The notes: generated from the sequence alone by a model not told the origin. A stretch of DNA of 64,000 bases from Sediminibacterium ginsengisoli (GCA_945865545.1 CAMBEQ010000007.1:196-64195), one strand, 5' to 3'. Numbered from the stretch's first letter, positions 19,450-28,920 are shown. Made by a program: numbers and translations.

Positions 19450-20594
19450 AAAGTTGTTTTAATTATCTCAGACAATAATTCTAGTCTCTCATCATTTACA
19501 AATTGATTATTGCCAATGTAAAAACCATTTTCATGCACAATTTGAGCAGTTTTAAAATCTTTAAAATCTCCAAATTGCATAAAACAAGGTTGAAGAAGAA
19601 GGTTACCGCTAACAATTGGTCTACTCTCTATATCATCTTTCAAAGCCTTATGTAATTTTTCTTTGTCTACTTTATTTTTAAAAATAAATGGAAGACAAAA
19701 AGAAGAAATGCCATCGCTGTCAACTTTATACAGTTTTTCCTTTATAGGATTAATTATTTCTAAATATCTTTTGTGATTTCGATTTCGAATTTGAATATAC
19801 CTCTCTAAATGCTTAAGTTGTTCTATTCCCAATACAGCATGTAACTCAGTATTTCTAAAATTATACCCATGGGTAAGAAATAAAAAATTGAAATCTAAAT
19901 GAGGGTATTTGTCCTTGTATTTTTGATGTTTTGAAGAATCAAGTTCTCTAGCAAGTCCATGAGATCTTTTAAGAATAAAAAGATCATTTAAATCCTCATT
20001 TTCAGTACAAATCATACCACCCTCAACAGTTGTGAGATGGTGTCCCCAATAAAAACTAAAAGTACTGGCAATTCCAAAATTTCCTACTTTTTTATTTTTA
20101 AAAGTTGCTCCATGTGATTCACAACAGTCTTCTAAAATAAGTAAAGAATATTTTTCGGCTATTTTTTTTATTACATCAATGTTAGCTGGTAATCCTATCA
20201 AATGAGTAATTAAAATGATTTTCGTTTTTGATGTTATTGACTTTTCTAGCATTTCATAATCAAATGAATAATCTACTAAATTAATATCCACAAAAACTGG
20301 AGTTAATTTGGCCTGAATTACAGATGTTATATTTGTTGTCCAAGTAACGGCAGGGACTAACACTTCCGCACCATCCTCTAAATTATAAAACTCTTTTACT
20401 GCATCTAGCATAATAAGATCAGCTGAACTCCCAGAATTTACAAAAGTTGAAAAATTACAATTCTGCCATTCTGACCAATCTTTTTCAAAAGCTTTTACCT
20501 TTGAAAATTGAGTAAATCTATCTGTAGTCTTTATGAATTCGACTAAGTGTTGTTTGTCTTTTCCCTCTAAAATATTTTCTTGAAGTTTCCACAT
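19446..20594 (-). CDS. PLP/PMP-dependent NDP-4-keto-6-deoxysugar 3-dehydratase (ColD/E1-like)
   Basis: DegT fold (VNSGSSADL, EDCCESHGA) with FSFYWGHHLTTVEGG, i.e. His in place of the catalytic Lys. Confidence 0.8.
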   Translation of the reverse strand: MWKLQENILEGKDKQHLVEFIKTTDRFTQFSKVKAFEKDWSEWQNCNFSTFVNSGSSADLIMLDAVKEFYNLEDGAEVLVPAVTWTTNITSVIQAKLTPVFVDINLVDYSFDYEMLEKSITSKTKIILITHLIGLPANIDVIKKIAEKYSLLILEDCCESHGATFKNKKVGNFGIASTFSFYWGHHLTTVEGGMICTENEDLNDLFILKRSHGLARELDSSKHQKYKDKYPHLDFNFLFLTHGYNFRNTELHAVLGIEQLKHLERYIQIRNRNHKRYLEIINPIKEKLYKVDSDGISSFCLPFIFKNKVDKEKLHKALKDDIESRPIVSGNLLLQPCFMQFGDFKDFKTAQIVHENGFYIGNNQFVNDERLELLSEIIKTTF

Positions 20595-20602
20595 AATTTT
20601 AT

Positions 20603-21553
20603 TTATTTTTTTTTAGATAATTGAAAAGTTTTATCAAAATCATCGTATGCTTTGGATAAGTCATTTAATAAATCACTTTTTGATTTCCACCCGAGCAATT
20701 CGGCTCTACTCGAATCTAATAATTTCCTGGGGGTTCCGTTAGGTTTTGATAGATCATATTTTATTTCTCCATCAAATCCCGAAATATCCTTGATAAAAGA
20801 TGCAATTTCCGAAATAGTATAGTCTACCCCACTACCTATGTTTATGATATCATTACCAGAATAAGTATTCATAAAATAAAGGCTGGCATCCGCCAATTCA
20901 TCTGAACATAATATTTCTCGTTTTGGTGATCCAGTACCCCAAATTTCTACAATTTTATTCCCTTGCAATTTAGCCTCATAAAATTTACGAATTAGCGCAG
21001 CTACTAAATGCGAATTCTGAGAGTCATAATTATCATTGATGCCAAATAAATTTGTCGGCATTAGACAAATGTAATCAGTATTAAATTGCTTGTTAAATGA
21101 CTGGCATAGTTCTATGCCAGCAATTTTTGCAATTGCGTATGGCCTATTTGATTCTTCCAAAAAACCAGATAGTAAATACTCTTCTTTAATGGGCTGCTCT
21201 GAGTGCTTAGGATAAATACAACTACTCCCTAAATAAAGGAGTTTTTTAACTCCTGTTTGTAAAGAAGCCTGAAGAGTATTGAGAATAATGGAAATATTAT
21301 TTGATATAAAATCAGCTGGATAAGTCTTATTAGCCATTATTCCACCCACGGTTCCAGCAGCAAAAAAAACATATTCTGGCTGTTCTTTTATAAAAAAACT
21401 TAGCACCTTTTCATTAATTCTAAGATCTAACTCATTTGAAGATGGTATAAGTAAATTATAATACCCTTCATTAGAAAGTTTTCTCACTATTGCTGAACCA
21501 GCTAATCCATTACTTCCTGCTACAAATATTTTCGCATTTTTTTCCATTTTCAT
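20603..21553 (-). CDS. GDP-L-fucose synthase / ColC-type epimerase-reductase
   Basis: AGSNGLAGSA, LDLR, VGGIMAN, LGSSCIYPK, PYAIAKIAG, MPTNLFG, WGTGSPKRE. Confidence 0.9.
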   Translation of the reverse strand: MKMEKNAKIFVAGSNGLAGSAIVRKLSNEGYYNLLIPSSNELDLRINEKVLSFFIKEQPEYVFFAAGTVGGIMANKTYPADFISNNISIILNTLQASLQTGVKKLLYLGSSCIYPKHSEQPIKEEYLLSGFLEESNRPYAIAKIAGIELCQSFNKQFNTDYICLMPTNLFGINDNYDSQNSHLVAALIRKFYEAKLQGNKIVEIWGTGSPKREILCSDELADASLYFMNTYSGNDIINIGSGVDYTISEIASFIKDISGFDGEIKYDLSKPNGTPRKLLDSSRAELLGWKSKSDLLNDLSKAYDDFDKTFQLSKKK

Positions 21554-21578
21554 AATAATTCTATTTTTAAAATAATAA

Positions 21579-22616
21579 TTATGCTAATAAGTTATAATAT
21601 TTCATAATATTATTTAATCCAGCTTTATTATCAATAAAACTGTTTTTGCCAAATTCTCTTACATACCTATCAATATCCATGCGAACAACTATGGGTGAAT
21701 TTTTTGAAATTAACTCATCCTTGATTTCTTTTACAGAAACTTTTGCATCTAAAAGCTTTGCAATCAATTGTGCTAATTCCAAAATTGTTATTGAATCTAT
21801 ATTAGATGCTACATTATAGACTAATTCTTTACCTTTTAAAGATATATTCAATATCATTTCTACCGAATCAGAAATATAACAAAATGTCCTTACAGCTAAA
21901 CCGTTATCTAATAAATTAATTTCCTTTTGTTCATTTGCTTTACGGATAAATTGCTGGATTACTCTTTCATCATAATAGGTTGTACCTGGTCCATAGGTTA
22001 GGGAAATCCTACATATTTTAATTTTTAGTCTATTAGATTCGCTGAGACAGAGAGCTTCACCTAGTCGTTTAGATATAATATAACAAGCTCTGTTACTTGA
22101 AATACTATAATTGCCATTATATGATTCTTTTGTTGGTATATTCTCAATATTAGGATCTCCATAAATTTCTGATGACGACATATAAGTAAAAGTTGCATCA
22201 TTTTTCATACCAGAAAGAATGGAATAAAGACCTAACGTGTTTATCAAAGAAGTTTTAATAGGTTCCTTAATAAATTTAGCAGGTTGAGCATACCCCGAAC
22301 AATAATAAACATAATCTACATCATTAATTTTAACCATATCCTTATCAATTGGAGTAGAAGCATCCCAGCTAAAATAATTAACTCGTTTTATTAAACTCTT
22401 ATCAAATATACTTTCAGATAACGAAGATGAAAAAGATGTACAAATTATATTTATATTATAAATATTGCTAAGCTTATAAAAAAAATTTAGGAGATATCCG
22501 CCAATTAAACCATTACAACCTGTAATTAATATTGTCTTATTATTAAATAAAGACCAATCAAATTTATCTAGTAATGACAATATCTCACTATTAATTATAT
22601 CCTTGTTAGTTTCCAT
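21579..22616 (-). CDS. UDP-glucuronate decarboxylase (UXS)-like SDR
   Basis: TGCNGLIG, AQPAKFIKEPIKTSLIN, SSSEIYGDP, RACYIISKRLGEALC, TYGPG, RTFCYISD. Confidence 0.72.
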   Translation of the reverse strand: METNKDIINSEILSLLDKFDWSLFNNKTILITGCNGLIGGYLLNFFYKLSNIYNINIICTSFSSSLSESIFDKSLIKRVNYFSWDASTPIDKDMVKINDVDYVYYCSGYAQPAKFIKEPIKTSLINTLGLYSILSGMKNDATFTYMSSSEIYGDPNIENIPTKESYNGNYSISSNRACYIISKRLGEALCLSESNRLKIKICRISLTYGPGTTYYDERVIQQFIRKANEQKEINLLDNGLAVRTFCYISDSVEMILNISLKGKELVYNVASNIDSITILELAQLIAKLLDAKVSVKEIKDELISKNSPIVVRMDIDRYVREFGKNSFIDNKAGLNNIMKYYNLLA

Positions 22617-23478
22617 AAATTGTTTTTTTTAATAAATGTGGAGTTAAGCCAAGAAATTCGCGTTGTTCATCATAAGTCCCATAATGATCTAAAAATGCAT
22701 TGGGTATTCCAATTTTATTCAATTTGTTTTTTGTTAAATCGAAAATTGCATCGCCTAGCCCTCCTACTACATTATTCTCCTCAACCACAAAAATTTCTTT
22801 TCCTTTCATGTCATTAATCAAGTGTTCTATTGAATTTACTTCAAGATTAGTTATTGAATTTGTGTAATATATCGTAGAGTCTTGCTCAATATCTATTATA
22901 TCTTTAAGCATATGACCTGTAGTAATAATTAATTTATTGTCATTCCCTTTTTTAACTATTTTCATTTCATGTGGAAGAATATCTAATGTCTGATTGTGCT
23001 CTCGACTAGTAAGCTTGATATATTTTGCTCTGCCGTTTCCTATTGTTTTTTTTATTATATCGTCAAACTCAAAAGAGGAACCTGGGATATAAATATCAAG
23101 ATTCGGAACAACCCTAAGTATAGAAATATCATTTGTACAATGATGAGAGCAACCCATATGGGCGTAATCAAATGAAGCTCCAACTGAAATTATAATAACT
23201 TCCACATTCTGATATCCTATATCTAATTTTATTTGTTCGTATACCCTCTCAGTACAAAATGGCGCTATAGTATGTACAATAGGCAACTTCCCTTCTAAGC
23301 TTAAGCCACTTGCGAGGCCAATAAGTGTTTGTTCAGCAATACCTAAATTATAAAATCTATTCTTAAATTTATCTTCAATATTAGTCAATAAATAATGACT
23401 AATATCTCCAATTAAGACCACTACCTGACTATTAAAAGTCATTATTTCGTCTAATGTTTTAGCTAATTGCTTCCTCAT
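22606..23478 (-). CDS. Transketolase-like, C-terminal (pyrimidine-binding) subunit
   Basis: GDIS, NLGIAEQTLIG.ASGL, RVYEQIK, GCSHHCTNDI, VVEEN..GGLG. Confidence 0.88.
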   Translation of the reverse strand: MRKQLAKTLDEIMTFNSQVVVLIGDISHYLLTNIEDKFKNRFYNLGIAEQTLIGLASGLSLEGKLPIVHTIAPFCTERVYEQIKLDIGYQNVEVIIISVGASFDYAHMGCSHHCTNDISILRVVPNLDIYIPGSSFEFDDIIKKTIGNGRAKYIKLTSREHNQTLDILPHEMKIVKKGNDNKLIITTGHMLKDIIDIEQDSTIYYTNSITNLEVNSIEHLINDMKGKEIFVVEENNVVGGLGDAIFDLTKNKLNKIGIPNAFLDHYGTYDEQREFLGLTPHLLKKTIYGN

Positions 23479-24226
23479 GAATTTCTTTTATATATAATTT
23501 TAACAAATTGTCAGTGATCCCCTTATGATGCCATTCTTGAAAATTTGATTCCATGTCTGCAATTCCTTTCCCTTTTTTAGTATTCATAATTACACACAAT
23601 GGGTTAATTGTGTTTAAATTAAATACACTTAGGATTTCATTACTATTATGGCCATCGATTGTTATAACATCCCAACCGAAAGAACTAAATTTTTTTTGCA
23701 AATTTGGAGTCGGTATTGATCTATTTTGGGATTGATTATTATCAACTATACATATTAAATTATTAAGTTTTAAATTGTCTGCAAGAATAGCAGATTCCCA
23801 AGTTGTGCCTTCATTTGCTTCTCCATCGCCTATTAAACAAAATATTTTTTTAGATGATTGATTAATTTTTGCAGCTAATGCCTTACCTACTGCAATTGGT
23901 AACCCATGACCTAGTGAACCTGTTGATGCTTTAATTTCATTATTTTTTCGTAGATGTGGATGACCCCCAAGTATAGAATCAAAGTCTCCAAAACTAAAAA
24001 AAACTTCTGTTGTAATATAATTAAAATGCTCTAATACACTATAAAGTGCAAGACATCCGTGGCCTTTGCTTAAAATAAAATCATTATTAATATTTAATTT
24101 ATTTTCATAAAATAAATATACAAAATTAATAATCGAAAAGGCACTAGGTATATGGCCTTTATTTTTCTTGTTTGCAAGAAGAAGTATATTTTTTTTAGAT
24201 TCCCTTATATTTTTTGAAATTTCCAT
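23459..24226 (-). CDS. Transketolase-like, N-terminal ThDP-binding subunit
   Basis: GHIPSAFS, ILSKGH, GGHP, STGSLGHGLP, GDGEANEG...DNN ThDP motif, DGH, KGKG, WHHK. Confidence 0.9.
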   Translation of the reverse strand: MEISKNIRESKKNILLLANKKNKGHIPSAFSIINFVYLFYENKLNINNDFILSKGHGCLALYSVLEHFNYITTEVFFSFGDFDSILGGHPHLRKNNEIKASTGSLGHGLPIAVGKALAAKINQSSKKIFCLIGDGEANEGTTWESAILADNLKLNNLICIVDNNQSQNRSIPTPNLQKKFSSFGWDVITIDGHNSNEILSVFNLNTINPLCVIMNTKKGKGIADMESNFQEWHHKGITDNLLKLYIKEIHEEAIS

Positions 24227-24250
24227 TGAATTTATTCTTTATGTGTTTCA

Positions 24251-25552
24251 TTATAATAACGAATTATATTGTAGATTCCATTCGGCACCTCCCATAACAC
24301 AACACCAACTTTTAGCACTACTACCATAAATTGCCATCTTTGAACCAGTTTCAATTATGTTAAATCGGAAAATATTCTCGCGTGTATCGATGTTTAATTT
24401 GTTGGGGTAATGGGCAGAAATTCTAACAGTGTACATGTCTGGAACTAGAAAATTCCCTTTTAAACTTATTGAAGCACAATATGAACCCGGCTTAAGTTCA
24501 ATGAAAGTTTTATCATTGTCATCAGATAAGCTACTAAATAATACATTAACTCCACTTGTATTTGACAAAACTATAGTTATCTCTGTATCTTTTGTATAGC
24601 TCAATACATTAAATTCAAGTCCAAGAATAAATTCATTTTGTACATCAATATCAGAATTAGGATTACCTTCTTTATCATTAATCCAAATTTTAGTAAACGT
24701 AACGTTGGCTTCTAATTTAGGGTCTAGAATAACAATGCCATCTGTTTCAACTTGTTTATTTGTAATGTATTTATTGATAATATCTGAAGTATTTCCAATT
24801 GCAGCAATTGTTCCCTGATTAAGTAAAATTGCTTTGGAGCACAATGATTTTATTGCAGAAATATTATGACTTACGAAAAGAACGGTTCTACCTTCTTTAT
24901 TACTAATATCACTCATCTTACCTAAACATTTTTTTTGAAATTCAGCATCCCCAACTGCCAGTACTTCATCAACAATAAGAATTTCGGATTCCAAATAAGC
25001 AGCAACAGCAAATGCTAATCTCACATACATTCCACTACTATATCGTTTTACAGGTGTATCTAGGAATTTTTCTACTCCACTAAAATCAACTATATCGTCA
25101 AACTTTGTTTTTATTTCAGTACGACTCATTCCTAAAATGGCCCCATTAAGAAAAATATTTTCCCGGCCCGACAACTCAGGATGAAACCCCGTACCAACTT
25201 CTAAAAGGCTTGCTAACCTTCCATTAATTTCAATACGTCCATAGGTTTGTTCTGTAATCCTTGACAAAATTTTCAATAGTGTACTTTTCCCTGCACCATT
25301 TCGCCCAATAATACCTAGTGTTTCTCCTTTTTTAACCTCAAAATTAATATCTTTTAATGCCCAAAATTCCTCTATCTCTTCCCCGCTGATGCTACTTGAT
25401 GCATCATTCCGGAACATCCTTTGAATCCCTTTTCCAAATCCTTTCACATTATTGGCAATCACATCACGCATAGCTGTGTAAGAAACTTGATTCTCGTGAC
25501 CAATAAAATATCTTTTTCCTAGCCCTTCAACTTTAATGATTGTATCTGACAT
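24251..25552 (-). CDS. wzt: ABC transporter ATP-binding protein with C-terminal carbohydrate-binding (Wzt_C) extension
   Basis: Walker A GRNGAGKST, YSSGMYVRLAF, IVDEVLAVGD, VSH, plus about 170 extra C-terminal residues. Confidence 0.95.
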   Translation of the reverse strand: MSDTIIKVEGLGKRYFIGHENQVSYTAMRDVIANNVKGFGKGIQRMFRNDASSSISGEEIEEFWALKDINFEVKKGETLGIIGRNGAGKSTLLKILSRITEQTYGRIEINGRLASLLEVGTGFHPELSGRENIFLNGAILGMSRTEIKTKFDDIVDFSGVEKFLDTPVKRYSSGMYVRLAFAVAAYLESEILIVDEVLAVGDAEFQKKCLGKMSDISNKEGRTVLFVSHNISAIKSLCSKAILLNQGTIAAIGNTSDIINKYITNKQVETDGIVILDPKLEANVTFTKIWINDKEGNPNSDIDVQNEFILGLEFNVLSYTKDTEITIVLSNTSGVNVLFSSLSDDNDKTFIELKPGSYCASISLKGNFLVPDMYTVRISAHYPNKLNIDTRENIFRFNIIETGSKMAIYGSSAKSWCCVMGGAEWNLQYNSLL

Positions 25553-25555
25553 ATA

Positions 25556-26389
25556 TTATATTAAATCTGCAAAAGTTTTTTCCATTTTTCTAAACTTGTA
25601 GATAGCGTATACAAGTATTAATATCGTAATACCTAATGATAAAGCAAAATATCCAGTAAAAGGATTTGCAGCACCATCTCCAATAATACACCACCTAAAA
25701 CCGTCAATAACACTTACCATTGGGTTTAGATAATACAACAATTTCCATTGCTGGGGTATAACAGAACTGCTGAACCCAACCGGAGATATGTACAACCCAA
25801 TTTGTACAATAAATGGAACAACATAACGAAAATCACGAAATTTAACGTTGAGGGCTGCTAAGTAAAGTCCAAACCCAAAAGATTGCAGAAATGCTAAGAA
25901 CATAAAGAATGGCAAGCAAACCATTTGGAAATTTGGAAGATACCTATAATATGCCATGAGTAAGATTAAAATGACAAAGGATAATAAAAAATCCACAAAA
26001 CTGGTGATGATGGCACTTGTTGGCACAATTAATCTTGGAAAATAAACCTTTCCTAGCAAATTTGCATTTGAAATCAAACTTTCACTGGCACTGGAAAAAG
26101 CAGAAGAAAAAAATAGCCAGGGCAATAAACCGGCAAATACCATAATTGCATAAGGCGCAGAACCCACTGATTTCATGCCGGCTACTTTACCAAAAACAAT
26201 TGTAAAAACAATCATGGTTAAAAATGGTCTCAAAAATGCCCAAATGATCCCAATTACAGTTTGCTTATACCTTACTCTTACATCTCGCCAGCTAAGAATA
26301 TAAAACAACTCCCTGTACCTCCAAAGATCAGCCCAATAATTCTTTTCGGAACGGCCTGGCTCTAAAATTAAGTGATATTTATTCTCCAT
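25556..26389 (-). CDS. wzm: ABC-2 polysaccharide permease
   Basis: RDVRVRYKQT.IG..W, KVYFPR, FRDFRYVVPF, YISPVG, LNPM; six TM segments. Confidence 0.95.
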   Translation of the reverse strand: MENKYHLILEPGRSEKNYWADLWRYRELFYILSWRDVRVRYKQTVIGIIWAFLRPFLTMIVFTIVFGKVAGMKSVGSAPYAIMVFAGLLPWLFFSSAFSSASESLISNANLLGKVYFPRLIVPTSAIITSFVDFLLSFVILILLMAYYRYLPNFQMVCLPFFMFLAFLQSFGFGLYLAALNVKFRDFRYVVPFIVQIGLYISPVGFSSSVIPQQWKLLYYLNPMVSVIDGFRWCIIGDGAANPFTGYFALSLGITILILVYAIYKFRKMEKTFADLI

Positions 26390-26414
26390 TATTTATTTTT
26401 TGATTTAATTTAAA

Positions 26415-26612
26415 TCAAACCGCTCTTAATTTTTCAACATTCTGGATAAATTTACTTCCCAAAATCTTTGGCAAATATTTTGAATGCAAACCATAGCCAA
26501 GTTTAATTGAACTTACATTTATATCTTTAACTAAATCACCCAATTTAGAATCTTTAACAATATATAAAGATCTAGAAAAATCTTTCCCTATTTTTTGCTT
26601 GGGTGTAGGCAA
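26415..26612 (-). pseudogene. pseI: Orphan C-terminal SAF-domain remnant of a second pseudaminic acid synthase
   Basis: KQKIGKDFSRSLYIVKDSKLG...SIKLGYGLHSKY...LG aligns by eye with the C-terminus of the intact PseI (KQQRGKDYCRSLYVVEDIKSG...SIRPGYGLHPKY...LG). No catalytic domain lies upstream. Confidence 0.8.
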
Positions 26613-26617
26613 ATATA
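26610..26617 (-). promoter_or_regulatory. Candidate Bacteroidota sigma-A -7 element (TATATTTG) upstream of the wzm unit
   Basis: Exact TAnnTTTG match; no convincing -33 TTTG at 19-21 nt; AT-rich background. Confidence 0.35.
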
Positions 26618-26895
26618 AAATTTATTGAATATAGTCATAAAAGTATTAATTAAGAGATTTTAAAAATATCACTAAAGAATATTTTAAAGATATCCTAGTT
26701 TTATATAATAAACAAATATCTAGGTGGTAAATTTTATTATTGAGTTTTTTTAATAAATTTTAGTTTATAAAAATAAACTTACAAAGATTGGATATAATGA
26801 TTAATTCTCAATTAGCTATATAAAAAATATCTAAGGAAATAAAGAGTGGATTAATGATATATTTATAACTGCATACAGTATTAAGTCGCATGAAT

Positions 26896-28251
26896 TTAGA
26901 TTATTTTAAAATCCATTTTTTGCGAGTTTGACAATACTAAATAATTTAAACTGAAAGTAACAGATGGATAAAAAATATTTGGAATTCTTTCAAATAAACA
27001 GAGAGCTCCGATAGTACCATTCCAAACTTTTTTTCTAATTAAACACAAGTAAAACGATCGAAAGTCAATTTTAATAGTTAACAATCCTTTGCACTCGGAT
27101 TGGTTACTTCTTAATGTAAATTCACAAATCGGATTATCAAGTACTTCATTCAACTCTTCATTTAATGTCAAATCCTTATATAAAATAAATTTTATATCCT
27201 GTTCTATTTCTATATTTTTTTGGGTAATTACATCAATCCAATTACATTTGGCTATTTCAAAAAGCTCAGATATTTTCTCAATTGAAACTTCACAGACTTC
27301 CATTTCATAATCATATAAATCGTCTTTGTGATTATCAATACTTTTTATAATTTCACTGCAAAGAGGTAAAAATTCAGTGGATAATTGTATAGGATTTTTA
27401 AGGCCTAAATTAATCTTAACACTATTGCCACCTTCTAAATGCAATAAATTACAGTCTATATTGTTATTTTTTAATGAATCTCGTATTTCATTGATCGAAG
27501 GCTGAGCAATCAGTGAATTTAAAGGATGAAGTTTCCCTGGAATGATATATGTGCCTCCTGCAGGAAAATAATACTCAGGTTTTAAAATATTTAATTTTTC
27601 AACAAGTTTTCGCAAACTACTTTTAATTATAAACTCCTTTTCTTGAATTCTTTCAATATTTAAAAACATATGAGGATATTCACTAGCAGCTCCTGCCATC
27701 AAAGCGGCAATTGTTATTTTACCATAGTTAGTATCAATCCAATTACTAAGTTTTATATAATCATTTGTAGAATAAGGATTATCAACTTGATTAAAAAATA
27801 CATGAGTCCCGTCTGAAATAATAAATGAAGTATCAAGATCATATTCAACATCTTCATCAAGATCATCGGAATTGGATGACATTTGAGGGAGTATTGACAT
27901 TATAACTTTTCCTAATGTAAATTTTTCATAAGGTTGAAGTTCGTATATCTCTCTTACACCAATTAATTTTAATTTATTTATAAGTACTTTAAAATGAAAA
28001 TTTTTAATGATAAATTTTTTTTCTACTAGTTTACTTTCAATTAAAAAGTTTAAATCTAGATGGTCATCGTGCAAATGCGATATATATACTATATCCACAT
28101 TTTCTAGGTGTGTTATTAACTGACTTTTATCATATTCTGGGAATGAATGCCAACCACCATAATTTGCTATCCCAACCCATGGGTCACAACAAATTTTCAT
28201 GTTATTGACTTCAATAGTTATAAATGAATTTGATAAATGTGTAATTTTCAT
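26896..28251 (-). CDS. Metallo-beta-lactamase-fold protein resembling the catalytic domain of CMP-N-acetylneuraminate hydroxylase (CMAH), lacking the Rieske domain
   Basis: ITHLSNS, DPWV...GGW, DIVYISHLHDDHL, LDTSFII, FFNQVD, AGAASEYP, LKPEYYFPAGG. Confidence 0.7.
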   Translation of the reverse strand: MKITHLSNSFITIEVNNMKICCDPWVGIANYGGWHSFPEYDKSQLITHLENVDIVYISHLHDDHLDLNFLIESKLVEKKFIIKNFHFKVLINKLKLIGVREIYELQPYEKFTLGKVIMSILPQMSSNSDDLDEDVEYDLDTSFIISDGTHVFFNQVDNPYSTNDYIKLSNWIDTNYGKITIAALMAGAASEYPHMFLNIERIQEKEFIIKSSLRKLVEKLNILKPEYYFPAGGTYIIPGKLHPLNSLIAQPSINEIRDSLKNNNIDCNLLHLEGGNSVKINLGLKNPIQLSTEFLPLCSEIIKSIDNHKDDLYDYEMEVCEVSIEKISELFEIAKCNWIDVITQKNIEIEQDIKFILYKDLTLNEELNEVLDNPICEFTLRSNQSECKGLLTIKIDFRSFYLCLIRKKVWNGTIGALCLFERIPNIFYPSVTFSLNYLVLSNSQKMDFKII

Positions 28252-28257
28252 AAATAA

Positions 28258-28920
28258 TTATTTTGTAGCTATAGCAATTATAGATGTACTTCTCCCTTTT
28301 AAAAATCCAGGTATATATTTAGCATCCCCCCTAAAAGGTAACAAATAGTTTGCTTTAAAAAATCGATATTCCCCTAAATAAAACCATTTAGCTTTACATC
28401 TTAAACCTGGATAGGTTTTTGGATTACTAAATCCGTACATTAATAATATACGTTCTAAAGTCAATGGATTATATGGCTTTACATGTGTAGGGTCATTATA
28501 AAATGCTCTATAATCATAAAACCAATTTGGGGTAGTAATATAAATTATACCGCCAGGTTTCAATACTCGAAATATTTCACTTAGAAAATTATCTGGATTT
28601 GAAATGTGTTCAATAACGGCCAAAGAAACTATGAATTCAATAGAATCATTCTCATAAGGAAATCTATCGAATTCAAAATTAATATCTGTTATATCTAATC
28701 CTAGATATTCCATTTGTCTTGTTACAACAGGTTTTTTTAGATGTTGATCCCCACAACCTAAATCTAAGAAACGTATGTTTCCTTTGTTATTAGGAATTGT
28801 ATTTTGATAAATTTCTAAAATATTAAATAGTGTTTGTATTTCTCTTTCACCTTTTTCTTGTCTATTGATAATCTTACTTGATTTTTCACGTTCCTGTTCA
28901 AAATATTTTAGTCCTAGCAT
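28258..28920 (-). CDS. Class I SAM-dependent methyltransferase
   Basis: FLDLGCG, FPYENDSIEFIVSLAVIEH, RVLKPGGIIYITTPN. Confidence 0.9.
   Translation of the reverse strand: MLGLKYFEQEREKSSKIINRQEKGEREIQTLFNILEIYQNTIPNNKGNIRFLDLGCGDQHLKKPVVTRQMEYLGLDITDINFEFDRFPYENDSIEFIVSLAVIEHISNPDNFLSEIFRVLKPGGIIYITTPNWFYDYRAFYNDPTHVKPYNPLTLERILLMYGFSNPKTYPGLRCKAKWFYLGEYRFFKANYLLPFRGDAKYIPGFLKGRSTSIIAIATK

Noticed and set aside
26620-26895. 275-nt gap between the MBL gene and the pseI remnant searched for further gene relics or an sRNA
   Set aside because: No convincing translated motif or stable GC-rich stem found; treated as AT-rich spacer/promoter DNA.
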